The translations under genes were made by a program, and so were the position numbers. A stretch of 248,000 bases of DNA. Origin: Wallemia ichthyophaga EXF-994. Its lineage: Eukaryota > Fungi > Basidiomycota. Where the stretch lies: assembly GCF_000400465.1 (NCBI RefSeq), contig NW_008806281.1, positions 20,001 to 268,000 on the forward strand, read 5' to 3'. Positions 55,674-68,069 of the stretch are shown one piece after another (position 1 is the first letter of the stretch; each line of letters starts with the position of its first letter). Under the pieces are notes generated by a model. It had not been told where the DNA came from and did no database searches. It was given only the letters and a program-made list of their open reading frames with translations.

Positions 55674-58600
55674 CTACCAAGCTCTTCCTTGGTTTTTGCG
55701 CTTGTTTCTAAGTTTAAACTTTCTGACATTGTGTCGATCTTGAAGTTGTCGTGATGTTGTATGGGTCGATAGGGCATGTGGAGCTTCTTCGCCATGTTGC
55801 TGTTCTTGCGACTGCTTTTCCTGGCTACGTACCAGTTTTGTCCACATCGTAGCGAATAAACCATTCGAATTGAGAAGCTGAGATTCTGTACCGCTCTCAA
55901 TAACCTTACCGCCTTGAATGTAGAATATCACATCTGACTTGGTGATTGTTGAGATCCTGTTCGAGATAATAATTGTCGTTCTAGTTACGCTCAACTCCGC
56001 AAACAAAGCTTGGATCTCCTTCTCGGTGTCATCATCCAACTCCAAGCTAGTCACATCGAAGCAGAAGATTGGTGCATCTTTCAACAATGCTCTAGCTATG
56101 GCTATACGCAATTTATCACCACCGTTCAATGTGATACCTTCATCACCGATTCTGGTATCGTAGCCGTATTGGAATGAAAGTACCTTGTCGTGTAACTTAG
56201 CAACTTTACAGGCGCTTACGATCTCTTCCTTAGTAGCGCTTTCGTTACCATACTTTAAGTTGAAGGTGAAGGTCTCGTTGAATAATGGGCAAACTTGCGA
56301 GATGATGGCAATGTGTTTTCTGAGTGACTGAAGCTTCATGTCTCTGACATCAATACCATTAATGCTGATAGAACCTTTGCCGACATCGTGGAAGCGATAA
56401 AGCAAGTCTAATATCGTATTATTTCCACTGTCACCGTCACTGAAGAGCGTAATGGTCTTGCCAGTGGGAACTTCAAACGATAAGCCTTGCAGTGCATTGT
56501 CAGAGTCGTAGCTGAAAACGACATTATCGAATTTAATGACAGGTTGGCGAGTATCGAACGTGATGGCGTCAGGCTTATCAGAAACAAAGCTAAACCAGTC
56601 AAGTGACTCGATCAAAAAATTACCACCGAAGACAGAAACACCGTTGAAAATACTATCAAACTTGGAAGGGTACTCGACATCTGGCTGTGACTGGTCCTGT
56701 TTAGAAGATTCTGACAAGTCTATAAGCCTTCTGACACAATCTGTAATGCTAACAAACTCACCGTTACGGGCTTCGGTCTCTGCCTGCTTTGGATCACCTG
56801 GAGGACCATCTGACTCGTCAGATGAGGAAGAATCATCTGAAATATTTTTGACGGTTTTGTCAGAATCGCTGTCGTTATCCTCATCTTGAAGGTTCGTCCC
56901 TTCACCCTCTAGCAACTTAGGACGGCGTTGAGGAGAATTCGACGAGTCAGAAGAAGAATCATCTGAAGCATTCTTAATGGTCCTGTCTGAATCGCTGTCT
57001 TCTTCATCTTCCAACGGCCCTTCGACGTCATCACCTAAATGCTTCAGGTTGGCTTGCACATCAGACGTTGATGACCCAAGTAAAACATCACTGTAAGTAC
57101 TCCAACGCGTTCCAACTTGATCATTTACGACCTGATGATCTTGGGAAGGTCCTGAGAAATGAATAAGCTTTTAGTCAATCCAGAAAAAGCAAAAGAACAT
57201 ACCCTTTGGGTCTTTGCCGCCAATATGCTTCTCCTGGCTACGTACCAGTTTTGTCCACATCGTAGCGAATAAACCATTCGAATTGAGAAGCTGAGATTCT
57301 GTACCGCTCTCAATAACCTTACCGCCTTGAATGTAGAATATCACATCTGACTTGGTGATTGTTGAGATCCTGTTCGAGATAATAATTGTCGTTCTAGTTA
57401 CGCTCAACTCCGCAAACAAAGCTTGGATCTCCTTCTCGGTGTCATCATCCAACTCCAAGCTAGTCACATCGAAGCAGAAGATTGGTGCATCTTTCAACAA
57501 TGCTCTAGCTATGGCTATACGCAATTTATCACCACCGTTCAATGTGATACCTTCATCACCGATTCTGGTATCGTAGCCGTATTGGAATGAAAGTACCTTG
57601 TCGTGTAACTTAGCAACTTTACAGGCGCTTACGATCTCTTCCTTAGTAGCGCTTTCGTTACCATACTTTAAGTTGAAGGTGAAGGTCTCGTTGAATAATG
57701 GGCAAACTTGCGAGATGATGGCAATGTGTTTTCTGAGTGACTGAAGCTTCATGTCTCTGACATCAATACCATTAATGCTGATAGAACCTTTGCCGACATC
57801 GTGGAAGCGATAAAGCAAGTCTAATATCGTATTATTTCCACTGTCACCGTCACTGAAGAGCGTAATGGTCTTGCCAGTGGGAACTTCAAACGATAAGCCT
57901 TGCAGTGCATTGTCAGAGTCGTAGCTGAAAACGACATTATCGAATTTAATGACAGGTTGGCGAGTATCGAACGTGATGGCGTCAGGCTTATCAGAAACAA
58001 AGCTAAACCAGTCAAGTGACTCGATCAAAAAATTACCACCGAAGACAGAAACACCGTTGAATATACTACCATAATGACCAGGAAGCTCGAAAAGTGGTTG
58101 TTTCACGTCCAGGTTTGGCAGATGAACCCTCTTGAAAGACCAGTCAATCTTGCCATGGTCCTCACGAGGTTGCTTGACGTCTGGTTGCTTCACATCGACG
58201 TGTGGCTGATCAACCTTTTTGAAGTTCCCGTCAACCTTGCCATGGTCCTCACGAGATTGCTTGACGTCTGGTTGCTTCACATCGACGTGTGGCTGATCAA
58301 CCTTTTTGAAGTTCCCGTCAACCTTGCCATGGTCCTCACGAGATTGCTTGACGTCTGGTTGCTTCACATCGACGTGTGGCTGATCAACCTTTTTGAAGTT
58401 CCCGTCAACCTTGCCATGGTCCTCACGAGATTGCTTGACGTCTGGTTGCTTCACATCGACGTGTGGCTGATCAACCTTTTTGAAGTTCCCGTCAACCTTG
58501 CCATGGTCCTCACGAGATTGCTTGACGTCTGGTTGCTTCACATCGACGTGTGGCTGATCAACCTTTTTGAAGTTCCCGTCAACCTTGCCATGGTCCTCAC

Positions 58601-61600
58601 GAGATTGCTTGACGTCTGGTTGCTTCACATCGACGTGTGGCTGATCAACCTTTTTGAAGTTCCCGTCAACCTTGCCATGGTCCTCACGAGATTGCTTGAC
58701 GTCTGGTTGCTTCACATCGACGTGTGGCTGATCAACCTTTTTGAAGTTCCCGTCAACCTTGCCATGGTCCTCACGAGATTGCTTGACGTCTGGTTGCTTC
58801 ACATCGACGTGTGGCTGATCAACCTTTTTGAAGTTCCCGTCAACCTTGCCATGGTCCTCACGAGATTGCTTGACGTCTGGTTGCTTCACATCGACGTGTG
58901 GCTGATCAACCTTTTTGAAGTTCCCGTCAACCTTGCCATGGTCCTCACGAGATTGCTTGACGTCTGGTTGCTTCACATCGACGTGTGGCTGATCAACCTT
59001 TTTGAAGTTCCCGTCAACCTTGCCATGGTCCTCACGAGATTGCTTGACGTCTGGTTGCTTCACATCGACGTGTGGCTGATCAACCTTTTTGAAGTTCCCG
59101 TCAACCTTGCCATGGTCCTCACGAGATTGCTTGACGTCTGGTTGCTTCTTGTCGACCTTAGGAGATTCTAAAACGTCTATAAGCTTGGTTGAGAATTTCA
59201 AACTATAATTAAACTCACCATCAACCTTGCCATGGTCCTCACGAGGTTGCTTGACGTCTGGTTGCTTCACATCGACGTGTGGCTGGTCAACCTTTTTGTA
59301 GTTCACGTCAACCTTGCCATGGTCCTCACGCGATTGCTTGACGTTTGGTTGCTTCTTGTCGACCTTCGACTTGTCTTCTGTACCACCTACCAGCTTTGTC
59401 CACATCCTAGCGAATAAACCATTCGAATTGAGAAGCTGAGATTCTGTACCGCTCTCAATAACCTTACCGCCTTGAATGTAGAATATCACATCTGACTTGG
59501 TGATTGTTGAGATCCTGTTCGAGATAATAATTGTCGTTCTAGTTACGCTCAACTCCGCAAACAAAGCTTGGATCTCCTTCTCGGTGTCATCATCCAACTC
59601 CAAGCTAGTCACATCGAAGCAGAAGATTGGTGCATCTTTCAACAATGCTCTAGCTATGGCTATACGCAATTTATCACCACCGTTCAATGTGATACCTTCA
59701 TCACCGATTCTGGTATCGTAGCCGTATTGGAATGAAAGTACCTTGTCGTGTAACTTAGCAACTTTACAGGCGCTTACGATCTCTTCCTTAGTAGCGCTTT
59801 CGTTACCATACTTTAAGTTGAAGGTGAAGGTCTCGTTGAATAATGGGCAAACTTGCGAGATGATGGCAATGTGTTTTCTGAGTGACTGAAGCTTCATGTC
59901 TCTGACATCAATACCATTAATGCTGATAGAACCTTTGCCGACATCGTGGAAGCGATAAAGCAAGTCTAATATCGTATTATTTCCACTGTCACCGTCACTG
60001 AAGAGCGTAATGGTCTTGCCAGTGGGAACTTCAAACGATAAGCCTTGCAGTGCATTGTCAGAGTCGTAGCTGAAAACGACATTATCGAATTTAATGACAG
60101 GTTGGCGAGTATCGAACGTGATGGCGTCAGGCTTATCAGAAACAAAGCTAAACCAGTCAAGTGACTCGATCAAAAAATTACCACCGAAGACAGAAACACC
60201 GTTGAATATACTACCATAATGACCAGGAAGCTCGAAAAGTGGTTGTTTCACGTCCAGGTTTGGCAGATGAACCCTCTTGAAAGACCAGTCAATCTTGCCA
60301 TGGTCCTCACGAGATTGCTTGACGTCTGGTTGCTTCACATCGACGTGTGGCTGATCAACCTTTTTGTAGTTCACGTCAACCTTGCCATGGTCCTCACGCG
60401 ATTGCTTGACGTCTGGTTGCTTCACATCGACGTGTGGCTGATCAACCTTTTTGTAGTTCACGTCAACCTTGCCATGGTCCTCACGCGATTGCTTGACGTC
60501 TGGTTGCTTCACATCGACGTGTGGCTGATCAACCTTTTTGTAGTTCACGTCAACCTTGCCATGGTCCTCACGCGATTGCTTGACGTCTGGTTGCTTCACA
60601 TCGACGTGTGGCTGATCAACCTTTTTGTAGTTCACGTCAACCTTGCCATGGTCCTCACGCGATTGCTTGACGTCTGGTTGCTTCACATCGACGTGTGGCT
60701 GATCAACCTTTTTGTAGTTCACGTCAACCTTGCCATGGTCCTCACGCGATTGCTTGACGTCTGGTTGCTTCACATCGACGTGTGGCTGATCAACCTTTTT
60801 GTAGTTCACGTCAACCTTGCCATGGTCCTCACGCGATTGCTTGACGTTTGGTTGCTTCTTGTCGACCTTCGACTTGTCTTCTGTACCACCTACCAGCTTT
60901 GTCCACATCCTAGCGAATAAACCATTCGAATTGAGAAGCTGAGATTCTGTACCGCTCTCAATAACCTTACCGCCTTGAATGTAGAATATCACATCTGACT
61001 TGGTGATTGTTGAGATCCTGTTCGAGATAATAATTGTCGTTCTAGTTACGCTCAACTCCGCAAACAAAGCTTGGATCTCCTTCTCGGTGTCATCATCCAA
61101 CTCCAAGCTAGTCACATCGAAGCAGAAGATTGGTGCATCTTTCAACAATGCTCTAGCTATGGCTATACGCAATTTATCACCACCGTTCAATGTGATACCT
61201 TCATCACCGATTCTGGTATCGTAGCCGTATTGGAATGAAAGTACCTTGTCGTGTAACTTAGCAACTTTACAGGCGCTTACGATCTCTTCCTTAGTAGCGC
61301 TTTCGTTACCATACTTTAAGTTGAAGGTGAAGGTCTCGTTGAATAATGGGCAAACTTGCGAGATGATGGCAATGTGTTTTCTGAGTGACTGAAGCTTCAT
61401 GTCTCTGACATCAATACCATTAATGCTGATAGAACCTTTGCCGACATCGTGGAAGCGATAAAGCAAGTCTAATATCGTATTATTTCCACTGTCACCGTCA
61501 CTGAAGAGCGTAATGGTCTTGCCAGTGGGAACTTCAAACGATAAGCCTTGCAGTGCATTGTCAGAGTCGTAGCTGAAAACGACATTATCGAATTTAATGA

Positions 61601-64600
61601 CAGGTTGGCGAGTATCGAACGTGATGGCGTCAGGCTTATCAGAAACAAAGCTAAACCAGTCAAGTGACTCGATCAAAAAATTACCACCGAAGACAGAAAC
61701 ACCGTTGAATATACTACCATAATGACCAGGAAGCTCGAAAAGTGGTTGTTTCACGTCCAGGTTTGGCAGATGAACCCTCTTGAAAGACCAGTCAATCTTG
61801 CCATGGTCCTCACGAGGTTGCTTGACGTCTGGTTGCTTCACATCGACGTGTGGCTGATCAACCTTTTTGAAGTTCCCGTCAACCTTGCCATGGTCCTCAC
61901 GAGATTGCTTGACGTCTGGTTGCTTCACATCGACGTGTGGCTGATCAACCTTTTTGAAGTTCCCGTCAACCTTGCCATGGTCCTCACGAGATTGCTTGAC
62001 GTCTGGTTGCTTCACATCGACGTGTGGCTGATCAACCTTTTTGAAGTTCCCGTCAACCTTGCCATGGTCCTCACGAGATTGCTTGACGTCTGGTTGCTTC
62101 ACATCGACGTGTGGCTGATCAACCTTTTTGAAGTTCCCGTCAACCTTGCCATGGTCCTCACGAGATTGCTTGACGTCTGGTTGCTTCACATCGACGTGTG
62201 GCTGATCAACCTTTTTGAAGTTCCCGTCAACCTTGCCATGGTCCTCACGAGATTGCTTGACGTCTGGTTGCTTCACATCGACGTGTGGCTGATCAACCTT
62301 TTTGAAGTTCCCGTCAACCTTGCCATGGTCCTCACGAGATTGCTTGACGTCTGGTTGCTTCACATCGACGTGTGGCTGATCAACCTTTTTGAAGTTCCCG
62401 TCAACCTTGCCATGGTCCTCACGAGATTGCTTGACGTCTGGTTGCTTCACATCGACGTGTGGCTGATCAACCTTTTTGAAGTTCCCGTCAACCTTGCCAT
62501 GGTCCTCACGAGATTGCTTGACGTCTGGTTGCTTCACATCGACGTGTGGCTGATCAACCTTTTTGAAGTTCCCGTCAACCTTGCCATGGTCCTCACGAGA
62601 TTGCTTGACGTCTGGTTGCTTCACATCGACGTGTGGCTGATCAACCTTTTTGAAGTTCCCGTCAACCTTGCCATGGTCCTCACGAGATTGCTTGACGTCT
62701 GGTTGCTTCACATCGACGTGTGGCTGATCAACCTTTTTGAAGTTCCCGTCAACCTTGCCATGGTCCTCACGAGATTGCTTGACGTCTGGTTGCTTCTTGT
62801 CGACCTTAGGAGATTCTAAAACGTCTATAAGCTTGGTTGAGAATTTCAAACTATAATCAAACTCACCATCAATCTTGCCAGTGACTTTGCCATTGTAGGT
62901 GCGTTTGTATTCCCTGTAGTCTCTGTCAGCAGGCTGCTTCCCCTTTTCATCGACCTTTTCCTGGTGACGCTGGGTGGGTTTGCGTGTGTCTTTTTCTTCA
63001 TCATCATCTTCATCTGATCCTGAGTCTGAATCTGACGATGAATGGTCGTCCTCGTTACCTTTCTTAGCGCAGGTGCATTTCTTGCTTGTGCACTTGCCGC
63101 AATTGGAGCATCTCGAGCACTTAACGCCACTGCAGTAGCTGCAGTCCTTGAGGAGCTTAGGAAGATGATCGCCATCTTCAGTCTCACCCTCTACCTGTTT
63201 CTTCCACATGGTCGCAAACATGCCGTTAAGGCTGAGAAGGTGAGAGTGCGAACCGCTCTCAACGACGCGACCGTCCTGCACAAAGAGGATGAGGTCGGAT
63301 TTAGCGATAGTGGAGAGTCTATGAGCGATAATGATAGTAGTGCGACCCTGACTGAGCTCGTTGAATGCAGCCTGGATCTCGCGCTCTGTATTAGTATCGA
63401 GAGCCGACGTAGCCTCATCTAGACACAGTATAGGAGCGTCTTTGAGGAGAGCGCGTGCTATTGCAATGCGCTGTTTCTCCCCACCACTCAATCTTACGCC
63501 TCGCTCACCGACGCGCGTATCGTACCCGTCTTGGAAGGAGAGAATGCGCTCGTGCATCTGCGCCGCTTTCGCAGCCGATACTATCTCCGCATCTGTAGCA
63601 TCATCCTTGCCGTATTTCAAATTAAACGCGATGGATTCGTTGAAGAGGGCGCAATCTTGCGGTATGATGGCTATGAGACGACGTAGAGCATGTTGCTGCA
63701 TATCGCGCAAGTCTACCCCGTTGATAGTGATAGAACCCGCGTCGACGTCGTAGAAGCGGTAGAGAAGACGCAGAATAGTGCTTTTACCACTACCACTTTC
63801 ACCCACCAGAGCAACTGTCTGACCTGTAGGCACTTGGAACGACAAGTTATCGAGTGCGTATCCAGAACTATCATACCTGAACCCAACCCTATCGAATTTG
63901 ATGAGTGGTTGACGAGTGTGGAAAGCTACTGCGTTAGGCTTGTCGTTGATATCAGTGTGCTCGCTAAGCAGTTGCATTAGCTTCTCACTATCAACTAGAC
64001 TCGTATTAATCGAACGGTAAATCATCCCGAGATTGTTCAAAGGCACGTATAGCTGCTGGAGGAAAGTTAAGAACACTACCAGCTCTGCTGCATCAGATCG
64101 TCCTTGCGCTACTCCCGCACAAACCACTGCCGTACCCGCTGCTATACCCGAGACAATAATAACGTTCTGTGCCATGTTCAAAAGATACAGCGACGCTATC
64201 ACCTTTTTCTCCACCGCTTGGAAATTCTTGAAAGCGGTAGTGTAGCGACTGATTTCATGCGCTTCGGCTGTGAAATACTTGATCGTGTCGTAGTTGAGCA
64301 ATGCGTCCGTGTAGATCGCCCTTGTTATATTGTCCTTAGCGACGTAGTCGCGACGCTGCGCTGTGCGCCAGCGTGTGATAAGCACCGATATATACCCATA
64401 GAGGAACATGACAGACGCGATGATGAGCGACAACACCCCACCGAATTTGAAATAGAAGTAGCCGAGAGCGACACAGATATCGGCGACAGTGGGGAAGATA
64501 GAAAATAGAAGCATTTGGAAGAAGTTGTTCAAAGCTTGCCCCTTGTCGAGAATACGCAGAATCTCACCAGTCTTCCTGTGCGTGTGGAACGCCAGGCTAA

Positions 64601-65715
64601 GATTGAGGAGATGGGTGAAACAGTGAGTAGACATGTTCCGGTCTGTCCACTGTGTTATAGGAATCCAAGCGATGTTCTGGACTACTTGCAAAAGGCCTCC
64701 GGAGCCTTGGAAGAATCGAAGAGCGATATAAATGATCAAGTGCTTCCAAGGCGAGGAGTAGGAAGAGAGGTCTTCGACAACTTTACCCAACTGAATTGGA
64801 ACGAGAAGGTTGATATATCTACCGACAAGTAACAAAACAAGACAGAAGAAGGCAAGTGTTTGTAGGCGTGGTGAACCACGTGGCCAAAGGACATCACCGA
64901 GTTGATACATACGTTTCATGAACGCACCCATGCCAGCAGAAGGAGATTTGTCCTTTGCGTCGTGCGTAGCATCGTCACTAGTTGTGTCAGTTGTGTCAGT
65001 TGTGTCTTCGCTGGTTGCACCGTACTGTATAGAGTCGTTGAGCAAGGGAGAGTTCTCACCAGGCGCAGCATTGCCATGGCTGTCATACCTGACGAAGGTA
65101 GTAGTAACACCGCAAACAAGCAACGCACTTCCAATAGCAAGACATATGACGCGTAATGACTGAATCGCGATGTGTGCATATTCAATTGCAGGGAGATGCT
65201 TTGTATCTGTTCGAGTGAGATTGAGTACTAGAAACCAAAATAAACCCACCAGAATAAAATTTAAGATAGTCAATCCACGTAATAAGAAGACTCAATTCGA
65301 GGATTACCGATATAATGTAGAAAGATTGGACATAAGAGCAGATATTTTTATTTTTCTGGACCGCGTAGGCAATGGCAAGGGAACCAAAAGCATATGCTGC
65401 AGAAGCACCGATGCAATGCACGACGAGTGCCAGCCAGTGCTCGTATATGACTGGATTGCGATAAACAGATTTGAAGATAAAAAAGTGTAAAAAAGACGCG
65501 AGTAAATCAGCAAAGTAGGTAAATAGTACAGATTGCGTAATTACGAATAACCACACACGTCTGTATCTCTTTCGAGATGGCTGTGGATCTGGGGGGGAGA
65601 TATACACTCTAGCGAGACCAAATAAGACGACGGCATTGAGTAGAATAGGAATAGCATAGCGGGTAATTAGGATAACTTGCGGTGCAGCGCGCAATCCGAT
65701 TGCAATTACTGCCAT
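55674..65715 (-). CDS. Giant HMT1/ATM1-type ABCB half-transporter with 4 extra degenerate NBDs and repeat arrays (~3,300 aa)
   Basis: N-terminal TM exon; ABC TMD; canonical GESGSGKST/LSGGEKQR/LDEATSALD; 51-nt intron 57202-57152 joins the 2700-aa and 461-aa ORFs in frame. Confidence 0.85.
58149..59155 (-). repeat. 81-bp tandem array (~12-13 copies, GNFKK variant)
   Basis: KQSREDHGKVDGNFKKVDQPHVDVKQPDV unit. Confidence 0.97.
59222..59365 (-). repeat. 81-bp unit, ~2 copies (VNYKK variant)
   Basis: Direct inspection. Confidence 0.9.
60294..60865 (-). repeat. 81-bp tandem array (~7 copies, VNYKK variant)
   Basis: Direct inspection. Confidence 0.95.
61797..62797 (-). repeat. 81-bp tandem array (~12-13 copies, GNFKK variant)
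   Basis: Direct inspection. Confidence 0.97.
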
Positions 65716-65739
65716 GGTGGAGGTTTGGAGTCAACGTTC

Positions 65740-67414
65740 ATGATGACATCAAAACAGGCATTTAATCTTTTTAATAAGGTACCTCGGCAAGTGACACAGT
65801 CTTATGATGTCCTGATTGTTGGCGGTGGGCCTGTTGGATTGGCGTTGGCTTCGTCACTGGGATCGTGTGCCGATCTCAAAGCACTCAAAATTGGATTAAT
65901 CGAAGCGAATTCGCTGGATGGCGTGAGAAATTGGAATGGAAATGAACTCCCAGCGTATTCGAATAGGTGTTCGTCGATTAGTGCTTCAAATTACGTGTAT
66001 TTCCAGCGTGAGTTGAGTTTGACAAGTGGAGGTTGTGACAGCTGAAGAAGATGCAGGCACAGGTGGTTTAAACACTCTTAATACATGCCGTGTTTCTCCA
66101 GTCAACAATATGCAGGTCTGGGATGGCAGGACTGATGCCAGGATCACATTTGGCAGGCAGCTCGACGACGAAGACTACGGAGCACTCGCAAAGGACAGCA
66201 GCACGCTTTCGTATATGATGGAAAATACAAATCTGCAAAAATCATTCCTCGATCATATTGACAGGTCGACGTCTATTGACATACTCGACTCGGCAAAGAT
66301 TAGATATATAGATCGTGATAATGAGTGGCCCAGGGTTAATTTAGAAAACGGAGATAGCCTACGTACACGGCTCATAATTGGTGCAGACGGGTTCAACTCA
66401 CCTGTACGGAAATTCTCCGAAATCGAAGCAGTGGGATGGTCATACAACGCAGCAGGATTTGTTTCGACATTAGAAACACAACCATCTCATAACGCATCAC
66501 ATTCATCACAAACAGCGTTTCAAAGATTTTTGCCAACAGGACCGATCGCTTATCTGCCGTTACCGGGCTCAGCAGCGTCAATGGTGTGGTCAACAACACC
66601 TGAGCTTGCGAACAAGTTCAAACAGGCTGACATAAGAGTGCTTGGGTTACTTATCAATGCTGCGTTCAGATTTAGAGAGGATATACTTGCAACACTTTAC
66701 AATAACGTAAATCTCGACTATGATAGCTTTTTACTGCTAGTGAAGCAGCTTGAGAGTGCACAAGGAATTGATATGACTACCTCGCGACAGATTAGTAACG
66801 GAGTAGCTGATGGGATACCACCAAGTGATCATGAAGGGTTTCCACCGTTAGTGACATCAGTAGTGGATGGATCGCAGGCATCATTCCCACTGAAACTAAA
66901 TCATACTGATGGATATGATGGGAATAGAGCAGTATTGGTAGGAGACGCGGCTCACAGCTGTCACCCACTTGCAGGACAAGGGTTGAATTTAGGGATGGGA
67001 GATGTGCAATCACTCACGTCAGTACTAGCAGAGGGCCAAAGATTAGGGGGAGATATAGGAAGCAAGACGATATTGGAGAGGTATACGAGGGATCGCTATG
67101 TAGTAAATCTAACCATGCTTATGATGACAGATAAGTTAAATGCGTTGTTCCAAGTAAGTGGGGAGAACCCACTGGTGCAGCTGCGTAGTATGGGGTTGGA
67201 GATGATCAATGAGATAGATAGGGTGAAGGAATTCCTTGTGAGACATGCAGGCACAAAGGGCATAGAGAAGGAAGATGGTGATAGTATTATAGCAGATGGA
67301 ATAGAGAGTGTTGGAAAAGCAATAACAATGCTCAGCGCAACAGCAAGACAAGTTGGGAGATTTGGAGAGGGAAAGGTAAACGAAATGATGAATGGAATTG
67401 TAAATAAGAAGTAA
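65740..67414 (+). CDS. COQ6: Ubiquinone biosynthesis monooxygenase
   Basis: DVLIVGGGPVG, GADGFNS, GDAAHSCHPLAGQGLNLG. Confidence 0.93.
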
Positions 67415-67476
67415 GAAATAAAAAAATCAAGCATAGGATATGATTTGTGCGATAAAGAGATGATATAGAGTTGAGT

Positions 67477-68010
67477 TTAGAGGGAGTTCATTTGAGCGAT
67501 AACTTCGTCTAATTCACGTTTCATCGAACCCAACTTTTCTTGAGAGTCTTCATACTTTTTCTCCCAGGCATCACGTTCTTGTTCAACGCGCTGTACTTGG
67601 CGTTCAAAGTGCTCAGCTTTGACGTCAACTTGACGGAGTTTTTCAGTGACGTCTTTCAAATTCTTTTCAGAGTTGTCGAGTTCGTCTTCTAAGAGGGCTA
67701 TTTTGCGATGTAAAGCTTCAGCGTTTGTGCGGTGAGCGTCTTCCTCGTCTCTGAAACCTTTCAAGTCATTGAGACGAGATTCGAGGGAATCGTTGTCAGA
67801 TTCAGCGAGACTGAGTTTGTGTTGAAGGGATTGAACTTCTTGTTCCCTTTGAAGGGAATCCTGTTCAAGCTTCTTTACACGTTCCTCAGAAACTTCAGCC
67901 CTTTCAAGGTTGGAATCAGCTTCAATGCGGAGGTTGTTGAGTTTCTGTGTGGGTGTCAGTGTTATATTATTTGTAAATGAACCGATAAAAACCTCTTTAA
68001 TCTTCTCCAT
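67477..68010 (-). CDS. TPM: Tropomyosin
   Basis: MEKIKE|KLNNLRIEAD; VDVKAEHFERQV; one intron. Confidence 0.93.
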   Translation of the reverse strand: MEKIKEVFIGSFTNNITLTPTQKLNNLRIEADSNLERAEVSEERVKKLEQDSLQREQEVQSLQHKLSLAESDNDSLESRLNDLKGFRDEEDAHRTNAEALHRKIALLEDELDNSEKNLKDVTEKLRQVDVKAEHFERQVQRVEQERDAWEKKYEDSQEKLGSMKRELDEVIAQMNSL

Positions 68011-68069
68011 TCGTGATGAAATTTGTGGTTTGACGTGTGGTTTGACTTCAAACGTAAGTTTAATTCATC

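Noticed and set aside
58149-62797. CRISPR-like appearance of the regular arrays
   Set aside because: Contiguous near-identical units with no unique spacers, in frame within a eukaryotic gene
58074-62819. Long hydrophobic plus-strand ORFs (NLAMVLTRLLDVWLLHIDVW repeats)
   Set aside because: Antisense shadows of the 81-bp coding repeat; the unit simply lacks a stop in that frame
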